DNA from: an uncultured virus (IMG/VR IMGVR_UViG_3300044986_000368)
Lineage: Duplodnaviria > Heunggongvirae > Uroviricota > Caudoviricetes
IMG/VR virus record: IMGVR_UViG_3300044986_000368
DNA length: 64,000 nt
Reading direction: 5' to 3' (one strand)
Below the pieces are notes generated by a model. That model saw only the letters and a list, made by a program, of their open reading frames with translations, searched no databases and was not told where the DNA came from. Both the position numbers and the translations under genes were made by a program. Positions 52,602 through 61,966 of this stretch are shown here, piece after piece (positions within the stretch are counted from its first letter, which is position 1; the number at the start of each line of letters is the position of its first letter).

Positions 52602-52976
52602 ATGACCAACCTCCAAGCCAACCGCCTCTACGCCACACTCGCCGAACTGTCGAAGCCCATCACCATTTCCAAGGAGGGTAAGCCCACAGAAGTTCGTTTG
52701 TCGTTCAGCGGCAAAACCTGCCTCGCGATTGCCCGGATGAAGAGCAAGCTCACACCGCATGTGACCGCGTGCGAGGAAGCCGTGAACGCCGTCATCGCCG
52801 CCCACGGCGGTCGTGTGCCGCCCGATCATCCAGCCTTTGCGGAGGTGGTGAAACAAATCACCGAGATCAATCAATCCACCTGTGATGTCGGCGACCTTGG
52901 CACCCTGTCGCTCGCTGAGTTTGAAGCCCAGGAAACGCTTCCTGATTTGGAGCCTCTGCTTCCTTACTTGCAGTAA
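52602..52976 (+). CDS. Putative fibre assembly chaperone
   Basis: Helical ORF after the fibre gene. Confidence 0.55.
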   Translation: MTNLQANRLYATLAELSKPITISKEGKPTEVRLSFSGKTCLAIARMKSKLTPHVTACEEAVNAVIAAHGGRVPPDHPAFAEVVKQITEINQSTCDVGDLGTLSLAEFEAQETLPDLEPLLPYLQ

Positions 52977-53009
52977 CCTCACCACGGCTGGACGCCGCAA
53001 CAACATGAC

Positions 53010-53540
53010 ATGCAAACATTCGATGAACTTGATGACGATTGGGTTAGAGCACTCTTCACCGAATCGCCTACGCCGATGGCTCTTGTGTCTCCTGAGCATC
53101 GGGTGTTTAGACCTAACGATGCGTATTGCCGTCTTGTTGGTTACAGCCGAGGTGAGCTTGCATCAAGAACGTGGAAGTCATTTACTCACCCGGACGACCT
53201 CGCTGGCGACGAATCTGGAGCCGAAAGCCTTAAAACCGATCTTGAAACCGAGGTCTATACCGTTACCAAGCGATACATCACCAAGTCAGGAGAAATCGTA
53301 TGGGTCAATCTTCACGTCAGAGCAATCCGAGACGGAGAGCGTTTTGTCTGCTATTTCGTTGTTGCCCACCCAATCAAATACCCCGTTGTCGGAACAACCG
53401 CAGTTGAGCAGCCGTCAAACTGGCTTGACTGGTGTAGAAAACACCCCAAAGACGCCCTCATGTTGGGAGGACTCGCTTCAATCGTCTTCGGAAGAGACTC
53501 CATCATTGAAATTCTCAAGGCAGTTCTGGCACTAAAATGA
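53010..53540 (+). CDS. PAS/PAC-domain protein with C-terminal hydrophobic helix
   Basis: LF.ESP.PMALVS...N.AYC.LVGYS..EL....W..FTHPDD...KRYI.K.G..VWV.L. Confidence 0.88.
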   Translation: MQTFDELDDDWVRALFTESPTPMALVSPEHRVFRPNDAYCRLVGYSRGELASRTWKSFTHPDDLAGDESGAESLKTDLETEVYTVTKRYITKSGEIVWVNLHVRAIRDGERFVCYFVVAHPIKYPVVGTTAVEQPSNWLDWCRKHPKDALMLGGLASIVFGRDSIIEILKAVLALK

Positions 53541-53980
53541 TCTGGCCGTTCCGCAAAAAGCAGCCGCCTGTTCCACGTCGGAAGCTCGATGTGGAGACGG
53601 TGAGAATGCTGCTAGACAAGCGGATTGCTGAGAACAAGCAAAGCAACTTCAAATCGTATTGGACAAAGAGCGCAATGGCCTTGGCGACGGTCAAGGATGT
53701 GGAGGATGCCAGCGCAAAGAGCTACGCACCTTGGGTCAAGGATGTCTGGGAATGCGAAAATCAGGCCCACAGTTTAATCGAAGCTGCTCAACGAAAAGCC
53801 GCGAATGAGGGCTGTCAGATTGCCATAGGCATCGTGTTTGCAGACCCTCCCGGCAGATTCCAAGATTCCGAACGCCACGTTTATGTCTGGATTGTTTCTG
53901 GACAAGGAATTGATTTCTATGATCCTACGGCGAGGCGTTGGTGCGAATGCCCGCAAAACATCTACTTTTCCCTGTTATGA
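53537..53980 (+). CDS. Transglutaminase/papain-fold cysteine-protease-like protein
   Basis: WECENQA...GIV...RHVYVW...FYDP (Cys-His-Asp). Confidence 0.55.
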   Translation: MIWPFRKKQPPVPRRKLDVETVRMLLDKRIAENKQSNFKSYWTKSAMALATVKDVEDASAKSYAPWVKDVWECENQAHSLIEAAQRKAANEGCQIAIGIVFADPPGRFQDSERHVYVWIVSGQGIDFYDPTARRWCECPQNIYFSLL

Positions 53981-54567
53981 GCCGAAAAGCCGAATTTCTC
54001 ACTCCATTTGAAGCCAAGGACATTTCTGGTGATCGTGAGGTATCTCGCTTGAAGCTACTGTCTCCTTTTCGTGTGTATAGCGATGAGCTTGATGCCGAGT
54101 TCACCGTGCCAGAAGGCTTCGAGTTTGACGAATCCATCCCCGGCCCGCTGCAAGGCATTGTCCGTCCATTTGGCATGTCCAAACGTGGCGCGTGCGTCCA
54201 TGACTGGTTGTATCAGAACCACGGCTATCAGGCTGATGACGGCGCATTCGTTCCTGTCACCCGTGAGCAAGCCGATGCCGTTTACCGTGAGATGCTCCTA
54301 GCTAAAGGCACTCCCGTGTGGCGTGCAAACATCCGCTGGTTTGCCTTGCGAATCGGCGGCTGGCTGGCATGGCGCAATGCTGTGGCAGTGGTCGCTATGA
54401 TGCTCGCCTCTTGCGCTAACGACATTGCTGGCCTGTCACGCGATGAGCGTCTAGCCATCTATGGCACTGTGGCAACCGTTGCAGGACAGCCAGAAATCGC
54501 TTCCATAGCCTACGGACTGCGTAGGAATCTTTCTTCTGCAAAAGCACCAAAAAACATATCACCATGA
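53977..54567 (+). CDS. DUF1353-like protein with C-terminal lipobox-like segment
   Basis: TVPEGF..D.SIP...ACVHDWLY...TREQAD..Y.EML...R.GGW; MMLASC. Confidence 0.8.
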   Translation: MSRKAEFLTPFEAKDISGDREVSRLKLLSPFRVYSDELDAEFTVPEGFEFDESIPGPLQGIVRPFGMSKRGACVHDWLYQNHGYQADDGAFVPVTREQADAVYREMLLAKGTPVWRANIRWFALRIGGWLAWRNAVAVVAMMLASCANDIAGLSRDERLAIYGTVATVAGQPEIASIAYGLRRNLSSAKAPKNISP

Positions 54568-54687
54568 CGGGATTTATACTAGGAATCATCGGCATAGCTG
54601 CATGCGTTGCGGTGGTCATGAGTATTTTTTACTTGATAAACCGCCTTTAGGTAGCTTACAGTTGGGTTACCCCAAGGAACTCATACG

Positions 54688-55683
54688 ATGAAAAACTGGT
54701 CAACTGCCGTTCACGAGAGTCAGGAAATCCGACACAAAAAGACGGTTTCTGACTTTGAAGCCGAGAGAAAAAACCTTCTCTCGGTCATCTCCGAAAAAGA
54801 TCACCAGCTAAACATCGCCCTTGGCATCAGCGGCGAAAAGCCAACGGTGTCCAAGATCAAAGCGGCAAAAGAAATGGACGCGGAGGCCACGTTTGTCGCA
54901 GTCGCATCAGACTGGCATGTGGAGGAGACGGTTGAAGGCAAGACCATCAACAACCTGAACGAGTTCAATCTCGACATAGCCGAGCAGCGCATCAACCGCT
55001 TTTGGAACTCGATTGTCCGCATGGCTCAAATCCAGCGTCACGGTGCCAAAATTGACCGCCTAGTTCTCGTTTTGGGAGGCGACCTGATGACGGGTTATAT
55101 CCATGAAGAGCTGATGGAGAACAACGCTCTATCGCCAACGCAGACGGTATTGTGGCTTCAAGATCAAATTGCCAGCGGAGTTGAATTGCTGTCGAAGCAC
55201 TTTGGCGAAGTGGTGATTCCTTGTGTCTATGGGAATCATAGTCGAACCTGTCGCAAACCTCGCCATGCCACAGGTGCGGCAAACTCCTACGAGTGGATGC
55301 TCTACAAGACGATGGCGAAACACCTCGGCAGAAAGGCAGAATGGCACGTGTCCGATGGTTATCACCTTCTTCTCGACCTCTACGGCAAGACTCTGCGCAT
55401 TCACCACGGCGACGGCTTGCAGTATCAAGGTGGCATCGGTGGACTGACAATCCCCGTGGAAAAGGCCATCGCATCTTGGAATAAAGGTGTTCCGGCAGAC
55501 CTCGACATTTTTGGTCACTGGCATCAGTCGCAACAGAACCCCAAGTGGATTTGTAATTCGAGCCTAATCGGGTACAATGCGTACTCTGTGGCGATCAAAG
55601 CTCCCTACGAGCCTCCGTCGCAAACAGGCTTCATTTTCGACAAACGATACGGCAGAACAATCACGTTCCCAATCTTTGTCTAA
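54688..55683 (+). CDS. Calcineurin-like metallophosphoesterase
   Basis: SDWH, GGDLM, YGNH, HHGD, GHWH motifs. Confidence 0.9.
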   Translation: MKNWSTAVHESQEIRHKKTVSDFEAERKNLLSVISEKDHQLNIALGISGEKPTVSKIKAAKEMDAEATFVAVASDWHVEETVEGKTINNLNEFNLDIAEQRINRFWNSIVRMAQIQRHGAKIDRLVLVLGGDLMTGYIHEELMENNALSPTQTVLWLQDQIASGVELLSKHFGEVVIPCVYGNHSRTCRKPRHATGAANSYEWMLYKTMAKHLGRKAEWHVSDGYHLLLDLYGKTLRIHHGDGLQYQGGIGGLTIPVEKAIASWNKGVPADLDIFGHWHQSQQNPKWICNSSLIGYNAYSVAIKAPYEPPSQTGFIFDKRYGRTITFPIFV

Positions 55684-55700
55684 AACCAAAGCAAACACAC

Positions 55701-56078
55701 ATGAACTGGCAAAAAGCAATCGACAAGATCAATCAGGACAAATACAAAATCCCCGCTGGATGGGATTCAAAAGAAAAGATAGCTCAAGAGCTTCAATGCT
55801 CTCCAGACCGGGTTCACGACCTGCTCAAAAGCGGCATCGCATCAGGAGCGTTTGAAAGCCAAGAGTTCCCAGTGTGGGATGCCAAGCGCAGGCTGACAGT
55901 CAGGATTCGATGCTATCGTCAGCGTGTTGACGAAAACTCGCCAGCGCCAACGAATGATTTGAACGCCAAGATCGCGGCCTCCATCCGTCGCAATCCAAAG
56001 CACTCGGATGCTGATATTGCGAAGAACTTCCGTGGTGCCACAAAGGCAATGGTAGCAGCCGTTCGCGCAACCCTGTGA
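55701..56078 (+). CDS. Hypothetical HTH-like protein
   Basis: IP.GW....IAQEL..S..RV..LL. Confidence 0.6.
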   Translation: MNWQKAIDKINQDKYKIPAGWDSKEKIAQELQCSPDRVHDLLKSGIASGAFESQEFPVWDAKRRLTVRIRCYRQRVDENSPAPTNDLNAKIAASIRRNPKHSDADIAKNFRGATKAMVAAVRATL

Positions 56079-56332
56079 AAGCCGAGTCCATCACCGTTCT
56101 AAAGCGCAAGCTTGGGCGTCACAAGGCGCTTGGGCTTGCGCACGGTAATGGAAAGATCGAGATTGACGAGCGCCTTCGTGGAAGGCATCACCTGTGCATC
56201 CTTATTCATGAGTTCCTGCACGAATGGGAATGGGCGCTTCCAGAAGAGGTTGTGGACAAATTGTCCAGAGACTTGTCAAAGTTCCTTCACAAGCACAACG
56301 CCAGAATGATCGAGGAGGACAGTCAGCCGTGA
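56075..56332 (+). CDS. Small HExxH metallopeptidase-like protein
   Basis: GLA...IEIDERL...LIHEFLH. Confidence 0.7.
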   Translation: MKAESITVLKRKLGRHKALGLAHGNGKIEIDERLRGRHHLCILIHEFLHEWEWALPEEVVDKLSRDLSKFLHKHNARMIEEDSQP

Positions 56333-56426
56333 TCGAGGAGTTCTCCGCATTGCAAATTTCCGCCCTGACATTTATAGCCATCCTGCTACTCATTTGGGGG
56401 CTTGTAATCATCAACTCATCCAAGAT

Positions 56427-56921
56427 ATGAAACTCTCAGAAGCAATCGTAGAAATCGCCAAAAAGGAAATTGGAGTCACTGAAATCAACGGGTCAAATTG
56501 CGGCCCTCGCGTGAACGAATACAAAGCTGCCACTTGGCTTCCTGCCAACAAAGGCTGGCCTTGGTGCGCGGCGTTTGTCTGTTGGTGCGTTCGTGAAGCC
56601 CTGACCATGACCGGCATCAAGGAAACCAAGACGTTCAAGCGTCCTCGCACGGCTGGCGCGTGGGATTTTGAAAACTGGAGCAAGGATCAGGACAACAGCA
56701 CCAACACCAAAAAGCCTCATCGCGGAGACATTCAATCTGGTGACATTGTGATCTTCACCTTTAGCCATATCGGTATCGCTACGTCTGCGCCAGACAAGAA
56801 TGGCAATGTGAGGACGTGTGAGGGGAATACAGACGGCGCAGGAAGCCGTGAAGGTGGTGCTGTTCTGGCTAAAACCCGTCACATTTCAAAGATTCGCAGC
56901 CGCATTCGATTCACGATATGA
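56427..56921 (+). CDS. CHAP-domain endolysin/amidase
   Basis: EIGV.E..SNCGPRV..PWCAAFV.W...GDIVIF..SHIGI...TCEGNT. Confidence 0.88.
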   Translation: MKLSEAIVEIAKKEIGVTEINGSNCGPRVNEYKAATWLPANKGWPWCAAFVCWCVREALTMTGIKETKTFKRPRTAGAWDFENWSKDQDNSTNTKKPHRGDIQSGDIVIFTFSHIGIATSAPDKNGNVRTCEGNTDGAGSREGGAVLAKTRHISKIRSRIRFTI

Positions 56922-57115
56922 CCGACTGGGAAAAGATCGTCAATCACTTCGAGGCCACCGCAAAGTGCGTTCATGGCAACAACCCTCGCGTCTTTTACGA
57001 ACCGGGGTGCCTTGTTGTGGAAACCAAAGGCAACTGCAAGTGTGAGCATTGGGATGGCGAGGGATTGCCGCTCACTCAAGTCTTGGCTGAGTGGCAGAAG
57101 CGGTTTGCAACGTAG
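56918..57115 (+). CDS. Hypothetical protein, 65 aa
   Basis: ATGA overlap with the lysin. Confidence 0.55.
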   Translation: MTDWEKIVNHFEATAKCVHGNNPRVFYEPGCLVVETKGNCKCEHWDGEGLPLTQVLAEWQKRFAT

Positions 57116-57602
57116 TCATTTTACAATCCCCTGTCCATCCTCGTTGGATATGAACAGCCCCTAGACTAAATCCAGTCTGAGGCCAAGGCTTCGGAGGTGT
57201 CGGAACAAAAAGTATTTCGCGTATGCCAAACCCCGCCTCCTCCATGTCCCGAAGACGGGCTTTCATGAAGAAGGCGTTCACCAAGCAGAGAAACACGACG
57301 TTATTGGAGCACTCCATGGACTTCTTGAGAAAGGCGCGGAGCTTTGACCACGGTGGGTTGGTGATTGTCCAGCAGACAGGCTCTTGACAAGAATTAAGAA
57401 AATCCAGCCCAACGTCGATCTCATACCACTCCACGAACCCGTTTGTAGCATAAGGTAGCATTGCGTCACTGAACGCTCCACTTCCCTTGCAAGGGTCTAG
57501 CAGCATGCCACTCGGATTGAAATGCGCCACAATCTGACGAGCCAGCTTAGGCGGGGTGTAAACGCGGTCATTGCCGCCTTTGGGTGCAAGTGGTCTGCTC
57601 AT
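57072..57602 (-). CDS. DNA adenine methyltransferase (NPPW)
   Basis: YTPP.LA, LDPCKGSGAF, EID.GLDFL, ITNPPWS. Confidence 0.88.
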   Translation of the reverse strand: MSRPLAPKGGNDRVYTPPKLARQIVAHFNPSGMLLDPCKGSGAFSDAMLPYATNGFVEWYEIDVGLDFLNSCQEPVCWTITNPPWSKLRAFLKKSMECSNNVVFLCLVNAFFMKARLRDMEEAGFGIREILFVPTPPKPWPQTGFSLGAVHIQRGWTGDCKMTTLQTASATQPRLE

Positions 57603-57814
57603 TTCTTTTTAATCGTTTCACCAAAAACCAGCGTTCTTTTCGCCGGAACTATTTTCGGCACCTCTCTTGCCTCCTGCGGCACATTAAACGGCACCCGGTT
57701 CTTGATGCTCCATGAATGGAACTCAGTCGGCAGCAGAACATCGCCCGTGCAAAGGCAGTGGCCTTCCCAAAGGCTGCGACCTGCTTTATGGCACTTGGGG
57801 CAGAGTTCTCTCAT
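57599..57814 (-). CDS. Small Cys-rich hypothetical protein
   Basis: CPKC...CLC.G; ATGA coupling. Confidence 0.55.
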   Translation of the reverse strand: MRELCPKCHKAGRSLWEGHCLCTGDVLLPTEFHSWSIKNRVPFNVPQEAREVPKIVPAKRTLVFGETIKKK

Positions 57815-58047
57815 CCCGCAGGCATCTGGCTCTTGACCATGCTCGCCACAACATTGCGCACCGTGTTTTCATGGGCCGAAATTGCCTCCTCAAGCACTTT
57901 GGGATCGAATGAGTAATTGGCAAACAGCATCCCGGCGCTAAACACCGCGCTGGACATGAGCATCTGCTTCACGTCGGCTTTGTGTTCTTGCGCCGCAAAG
58001 TCGGCTGCTGCGGTGATTTTTTCGGTGATTTCGGTCAAGTATTGCAT
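57811..58047 (-). CDS. Hypothetical protein, 78 aa
   Basis: Operon packing. Confidence 0.6.
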   Translation of the reverse strand: MQYLTEITEKITAAADFAAQEHKADVKQMLMSSAVFSAGMLFANYSFDPKVLEEAISAHENTVRNVVASMVKSQMPAG

Positions 58048-58107
58048 GGTGAGGAAAGTTTACGCTTTTACTGTTTTTGAAGGAGGCAAGTTAAGATGGT
58101 GTGAGTT

Positions 58108-58437
58108 TCATGGCTTTTTAAGTTTAAGTCCGCATGCAGAAAGTCTAGCTGTTATTTCATGAAGGGTATTCTTTCCAAGGCACCTGTATTGAAGTAATTG
58201 CCCCTCTGTGTAAGATGTCAGTTTGCCGATTGTGTCGATATTGGCGTTTTCCAAAATTCTTCTCGTTCTGTCGCTAAACATCAATACATCAACCAAGTCG
58301 TTTGACGAAACTTCGTTTTTGAATCGCTTTTTATCTATCAAAAGTGATACCGCATGAATCATTCTTGCTTCAAGTTTGCAAATTTCCCGTGCAATCATTG
58401 ATTGAATTTCTTCTTCTGTGAGAATTTGGATTTTCAT
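58108..58437 (-). CDS. RNA polymerase alpha-CTD-like protein
   Basis: L.FS.RT...L..ANI.TIG.L...TE..LL..R.LG...L.EI...L...GL.L matches the RpoA C-terminal domain pattern. Confidence 0.85.
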   Translation of the reverse strand: MKIQILTEEEIQSMIAREICKLEARMIHAVSLLIDKKRFKNEVSSNDLVDVLMFSDRTRRILENANIDTIGKLTSYTEGQLLQYRCLGKNTLHEITARLSACGLKLKKP

Positions 58438-58446
58438 GAGAAGCCA

Positions 58447-58475
58447 ACCTTACGCTTATTACAACTCAGAGTCAA
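58447..58475 (-). promoter_or_regulatory. Sigma70 promoter (a near-identical one lies at 58772-58800)
   Basis: TTGACT-17-TAAGGT with GTTGTAA.AAGCG spacer in both. Confidence 0.7.
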
Positions 58476-58764
58476 CGCCGTCTTTCAGGATCAATGTTTC
58501 CTGAATCACCCCCGGCATATCATCCACCCAAACGTCCACCTTGTAGCCAGCTTTGCGTGCAGATTGTTCTTTGAACATTCCTGCCGAGACAATAATAGGA
58601 AGATCGTCGCTATCAATTTTGAGCCTCTTCAACTTTTCAGGCGGCTGCTCAGCGCCAGTGACAATAATGGTTGTCCATCCAGCCATGCGGAACTCACGAA
58701 TCACCCTGTAAAACGTGTCAGGGTCTAGCGAAATGGTTCCGTCGATGTCAAATGCGATGGTCAT
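58459..58764 (-). CDS. HAD-superfamily phosphatase-like protein
   Basis: IAFDIDGT, IVTG, FK, VWVDD. Confidence 0.8.
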   Translation of the reverse strand: MTIAFDIDGTISLDPDTFYRVIREFRMAGWTTIIVTGAEQPPEKLKRLKIDSDDLPIIVSAGMFKEQSARKAGYKVDVWVDDMPGVIQETLILKDGVDSEL

Positions 58765-59041
58765 GGTTTTAACCTTACGCTTTTTACAACCATCAGTCAA
58801 CAAGCATCACAGAATCTCATTTTCCGGCGTGCTGATGCGAATCCAGTCTTGGTAGGTTGCTTCTTTTGCCAAAACCATCAGCCTCAACAATCACTTTGCG
58901 TTGGCTCAAAATCTTTGCCGCCATCTTTCTCATAAGCTCGCTTTCAGATTTCAGCAGTTTTTCGAGTGATTCGCTACTCATGGCGTTTAGGGTAAAGTTC
59001 TTCATAAAGCTACTTTCAATGGGTTTCTCGGCGTTTTGGAT

Positions 59042-59480
59042 GCACACACAGACCCTTAGCAAAAGGGTCTGTGTGCAGAGATACGATTCTTTCAATTGGG
59101 AATCGACGCCCCATCAACACACCGATATTATCGGCTCCAGCTCGCGCAGCGGACAGCTTGCCTACGCTTATCTTCTTTCGTGGATTCTGGCAGACTCCTT
59201 TCGGACTTCATTAAGCTAGCCCGGTCAGAACTAGCTCCGCTCCTTCACACACAGGCCCGTCAATACGATCTCCTGCTGCTACACGCCAAGCTATTTAATG
59301 CTTGGAAAGATGCAGGGCTGGCCTGCTTTGGCTCAAGAACTTATCTCAGCGTTTCCGGTGGACAGATGGTTCAGGAGCATGAAAAAGCCCGAACTCCGGG
59401 GTGAGAAACGGAAATTCGGGCTTTTCTGCTTCGGATTTCTTGGATTGCTCCAGTCTCACCCGAAGCACAGCTCTTTCAAG
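59042..59480 (-). ncRNA. Candidate long structured non-coding region with its own promoter (59489-59517)
   Basis: TTGCAA-17-TAAGCT; two hairpins with complementary GGGTGAGA/TCTCACCC; further hairpins; terminal GCACACAGACCCTT/AAGGGTCTGTGTG stem. Confidence 0.45.
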
Positions 59481-59544
59481 CTGAACCAAGCTTATTCCCT
59501 TGCGCCCGCCCTTGCAAGTGATATTCTCAGCAAACCCAAATTTT

Positions 59545-60201
59545 ATGGCGCAAGACGTTTATCTCATTCGGCGAACAGCCAATCCCCGTTCCGTCAAATA
59601 CTCAGCCGTCACCGAAGTTGTTCTCTCAGGATTGAGAACGGCTTACGCGGCTGTCACGGGCGTTTCTGCTACCGGAGTAGTCACCATCACGGGTTCCACG
59701 ATGGCAGACGGGATGCAGGTGATTTTCACCAGCCTGACGGGCGGTTCCAGCCTTTCTACCGGGGTAGCCTATTTCGCCGTCAATTCCAGCGGGGCGACCT
59801 GCAAGCTGGCCACGACGGAAGGTGGCACGGCAATCGCCCTCGGCAGCAATATCACGGCTGGCTCGGCTATCGTGGTCAATCCTCAGTTCCGTGTGTGGTC
59901 TAGCGAGTTTAGGGACGTTTTTCAAAGCTCTGTCTCTGGCACAAGTGGAAGTTATGGGCCGTTTAGCCTGACAACCCCCGGTCAAATTATTGACGCCGAG
60001 GTAGCCGCCACCGCTGGAGGCGCTAAGCTAACCCCCACATTTTCTGCTGATTCTGATGATGAGGCTCATTACCCCCTCCGCCAGACCCTTGTAAACCGCA
60101 CATTCTGGATTTTTGACCGTGGTGCCTCTGCCGCACCTCGCTACCTCTATGCCGAATATCAGGCGGGTGATGTTATCGCCGACAACGCCCCGACTCAGTA
60201 A
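59545..60201 (+). CDS. Putative virion structural/tail protein
   Basis: Thr/Gly/Ser-rich beta domain (G..VIFT.L.GG..L.TG..YF). Confidence 0.6.
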   Translation: MAQDVYLIRRTANPRSVKYSAVTEVVLSGLRTAYAAVTGVSATGVVTITGSTMADGMQVIFTSLTGGSSLSTGVAYFAVNSSGATCKLATTEGGTAIALGSNITAGSAIVVNPQFRVWSSEFRDVFQSSVSGTSGSYGPFSLTTPGQIIDAEVAATAGGAKLTPTFSADSDDEAHYPLRQTLVNRTFWIFDRGASAAPRYLYAEYQAGDVIADNAPTQ

Positions 60202-61040
60202 TGGCCTCCGACTTCCAGATACTCCCAACGCCGAATCCAGAGGAGTTCAGCTTCTCTGTGCGGGTTCCTGACCGCAAGATCAACACGGGGCTGCTTCTGA
60301 AGCCCGGAAGCACGCTTGTTTCTGCTCAGACGGCGTTCAGAACGGGCGGGACGGCTACCACCTATGCCGAGTTCCTGTGGGCCGTAAATCAAGAGCGTGT
60401 GGCAGACGGATTCGCCAACTACGTCTATCTCAAATGTGAGAAAAACAGCGCGGATTACGTCACGTTCTTCTTTGGTAAGGCAAGGACTACGGACGAGCGC
60501 AATACACCCTTCTCTGTCTATCGGGATAATCGACAATACACTTGGCCCTCGGTGCTGGAAGACCTTTACATTGTTAGTTCCACCGTGGCGCAGTATATCA
60601 ACAACGGCACCAGCGTCACCTCAACGCCGCGCTACATCCCAAAATACAAGTTCCGCCCTGCCGTCAGCTACAACAGCAGGATCATCGTTCGGCAATACCT
60701 GTCCGAAGTCCCTTGGCCCGATGGTGCCTTGGAGCATGAGCAACCCGTTCCGACTGACATCAACGCGGACTTCATCGGCCTGAATATCAATTTTGAGAGG
60801 TGCCTGCATGACACGGCCAGATTCCGAGAACTGGTGCCGGGTGCTCAAATTGTCTATGGCGCTGGCATCATCAATCCTCCGCTGGACAGGTCGCTGAACG
60901 GCCAGATTTTCCCTGCCACGAATTTCACCGATTGGGCTGATTTCTACATCGAGGACAGGCAGCAGCAGGTCAACGGCTTGTGGCTGCGTGAATCCGTTCA
61001 AATCTTTCCGCCGCCGACACCAGAAGCCATCATCCGATGA
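60201..61040 (+). CDS. Putative virion structural/tail protein
   Basis: TAATG coupling; beta-rich. Confidence 0.55.
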   Translation: MASDFQILPTPNPEEFSFSVRVPDRKINTGLLLKPGSTLVSAQTAFRTGGTATTYAEFLWAVNQERVADGFANYVYLKCEKNSADYVTFFFGKARTTDERNTPFSVYRDNRQYTWPSVLEDLYIVSSTVAQYINNGTSVTSTPRYIPKYKFRPAVSYNSRIIVRQYLSEVPWPDGALEHEQPVPTDINADFIGLNINFERCLHDTARFRELVPGAQIVYGAGIINPPLDRSLNGQIFPATNFTDWADFYIEDRQQQVNGLWLRESVQIFPPPTPEAIIR

Positions 61041-61216
61041 TTACGACTGTCCAAGGAGACTTCAAGCCTGCCAGCAGCCCGTTTGCCATGCGCCCGTGGA
61101 CGTGGGGATATGCAGGCGTTGGAGTGGATGTCAGCCGGGATGGAAACACCACGGTAATCGGCACCCTGCCATCAAAGCGGGTGACTGTTCAGAGCTTCAC
61201 ATACGTTCCCGCTTGA
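61037..61216 (+). CDS. Hypothetical 59-aa protein (below the ORF-track cutoff)
   Basis: ATGA overlap; MITTVQGDFKP...SFTYVPA*. Confidence 0.55.
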   Translation: MITTVQGDFKPASSPFAMRPWTWGYAGVGVDVSRDGNTTVIGTLPSKRVTVQSFTYVPA

Positions 61217-61249
61217 TTTGCTCGCAAGATAACCGTAAGGTTGTCAGAC

Positions 61250-61966
61250 ATGATCGCAGTCACCGTCGTCACGCCGTCCTATAAGCATCTTGAGAAAGAA
61301 GCCGTTAAACGCTTCAAAAAGCACTCAGGCTTGCCCGTGCAGGTGATTCGCGTCAAGGATGCTGAAGGATTTACCGCCAAGATGGAGCTAGACCGTTATT
61401 GCGGAAAGCAGAGGGTGGTGTTCTTCGATGTGGATTTTTGGCTCCTTCGTCCAGTGAAGTTTGACGCATGGGATGCGCCGCATTGGTATGCAACCCACGA
61501 TTCCGCTGTCTTCAATCCTCATGCGTTTCCAAGCACGGACTGCGGACTATACAAGCTGGACAAGCTGCGCTATTTCAACAGCGGCTTCTTCATCTGCGAC
61601 CTGCGCAATCCGATGCATCGCAAGGTGTTCCAGCGTGCTCGGCAGATTCACGCCAAGGTTCAGCGGAAGAAGTTTCCGAAGCCTGTGGATGTGACGGATC
61701 AGTTCTACCTGAACTATGCCGTGCAGGAGCTTGGGGTTGGCTTGAATCTGGTGCCATTGAAGTTCAATTACTATCACAAGGCTTCAGTCTGGGGGCAGGT
61801 GCCTTATATTCCGCGAGACATCATTGGCCTTCATGCGGCTGGATACAAACGCGAGGACAAGTTGCAGGCGCTACAAGTTCAGGAGCAAGTCTTCAAGCAA
61901 GACAATCTGATTGTCTGCGCAGAAGCCTATCAATTTGAAACCGCTCGTATTTTTGACATGCGATGA
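61250..61966 (+). CDS. GT8-like glycosyltransferase
   Basis: VVFFDVD, YFNSGFF, DQFYLN, KFN, HAAG; promoter TTGATT-17-TAAGGT at 61213-61241. Confidence 0.85.
   Translation: MIAVTVVTPSYKHLEKEAVKRFKKHSGLPVQVIRVKDAEGFTAKMELDRYCGKQRVVFFDVDFWLLRPVKFDAWDAPHWYATHDSAVFNPHAFPSTDCGLYKLDKLRYFNSGFFICDLRNPMHRKVFQRARQIHAKVQRKKFPKPVDVTDQFYLNYAVQELGVGLNLVPLKFNYYHKASVWGQVPYIPRDIIGLHAAGYKREDKLQALQVQEQVFKQDNLIVCAEAYQFETARIFDMR

Noticed and set aside
59185..59225. Hammerhead-like TTAATGAAGTCCGAAAGGA on the minus strand
   Set aside because: Lacks the CUGANGA core and the GAAA after stem II
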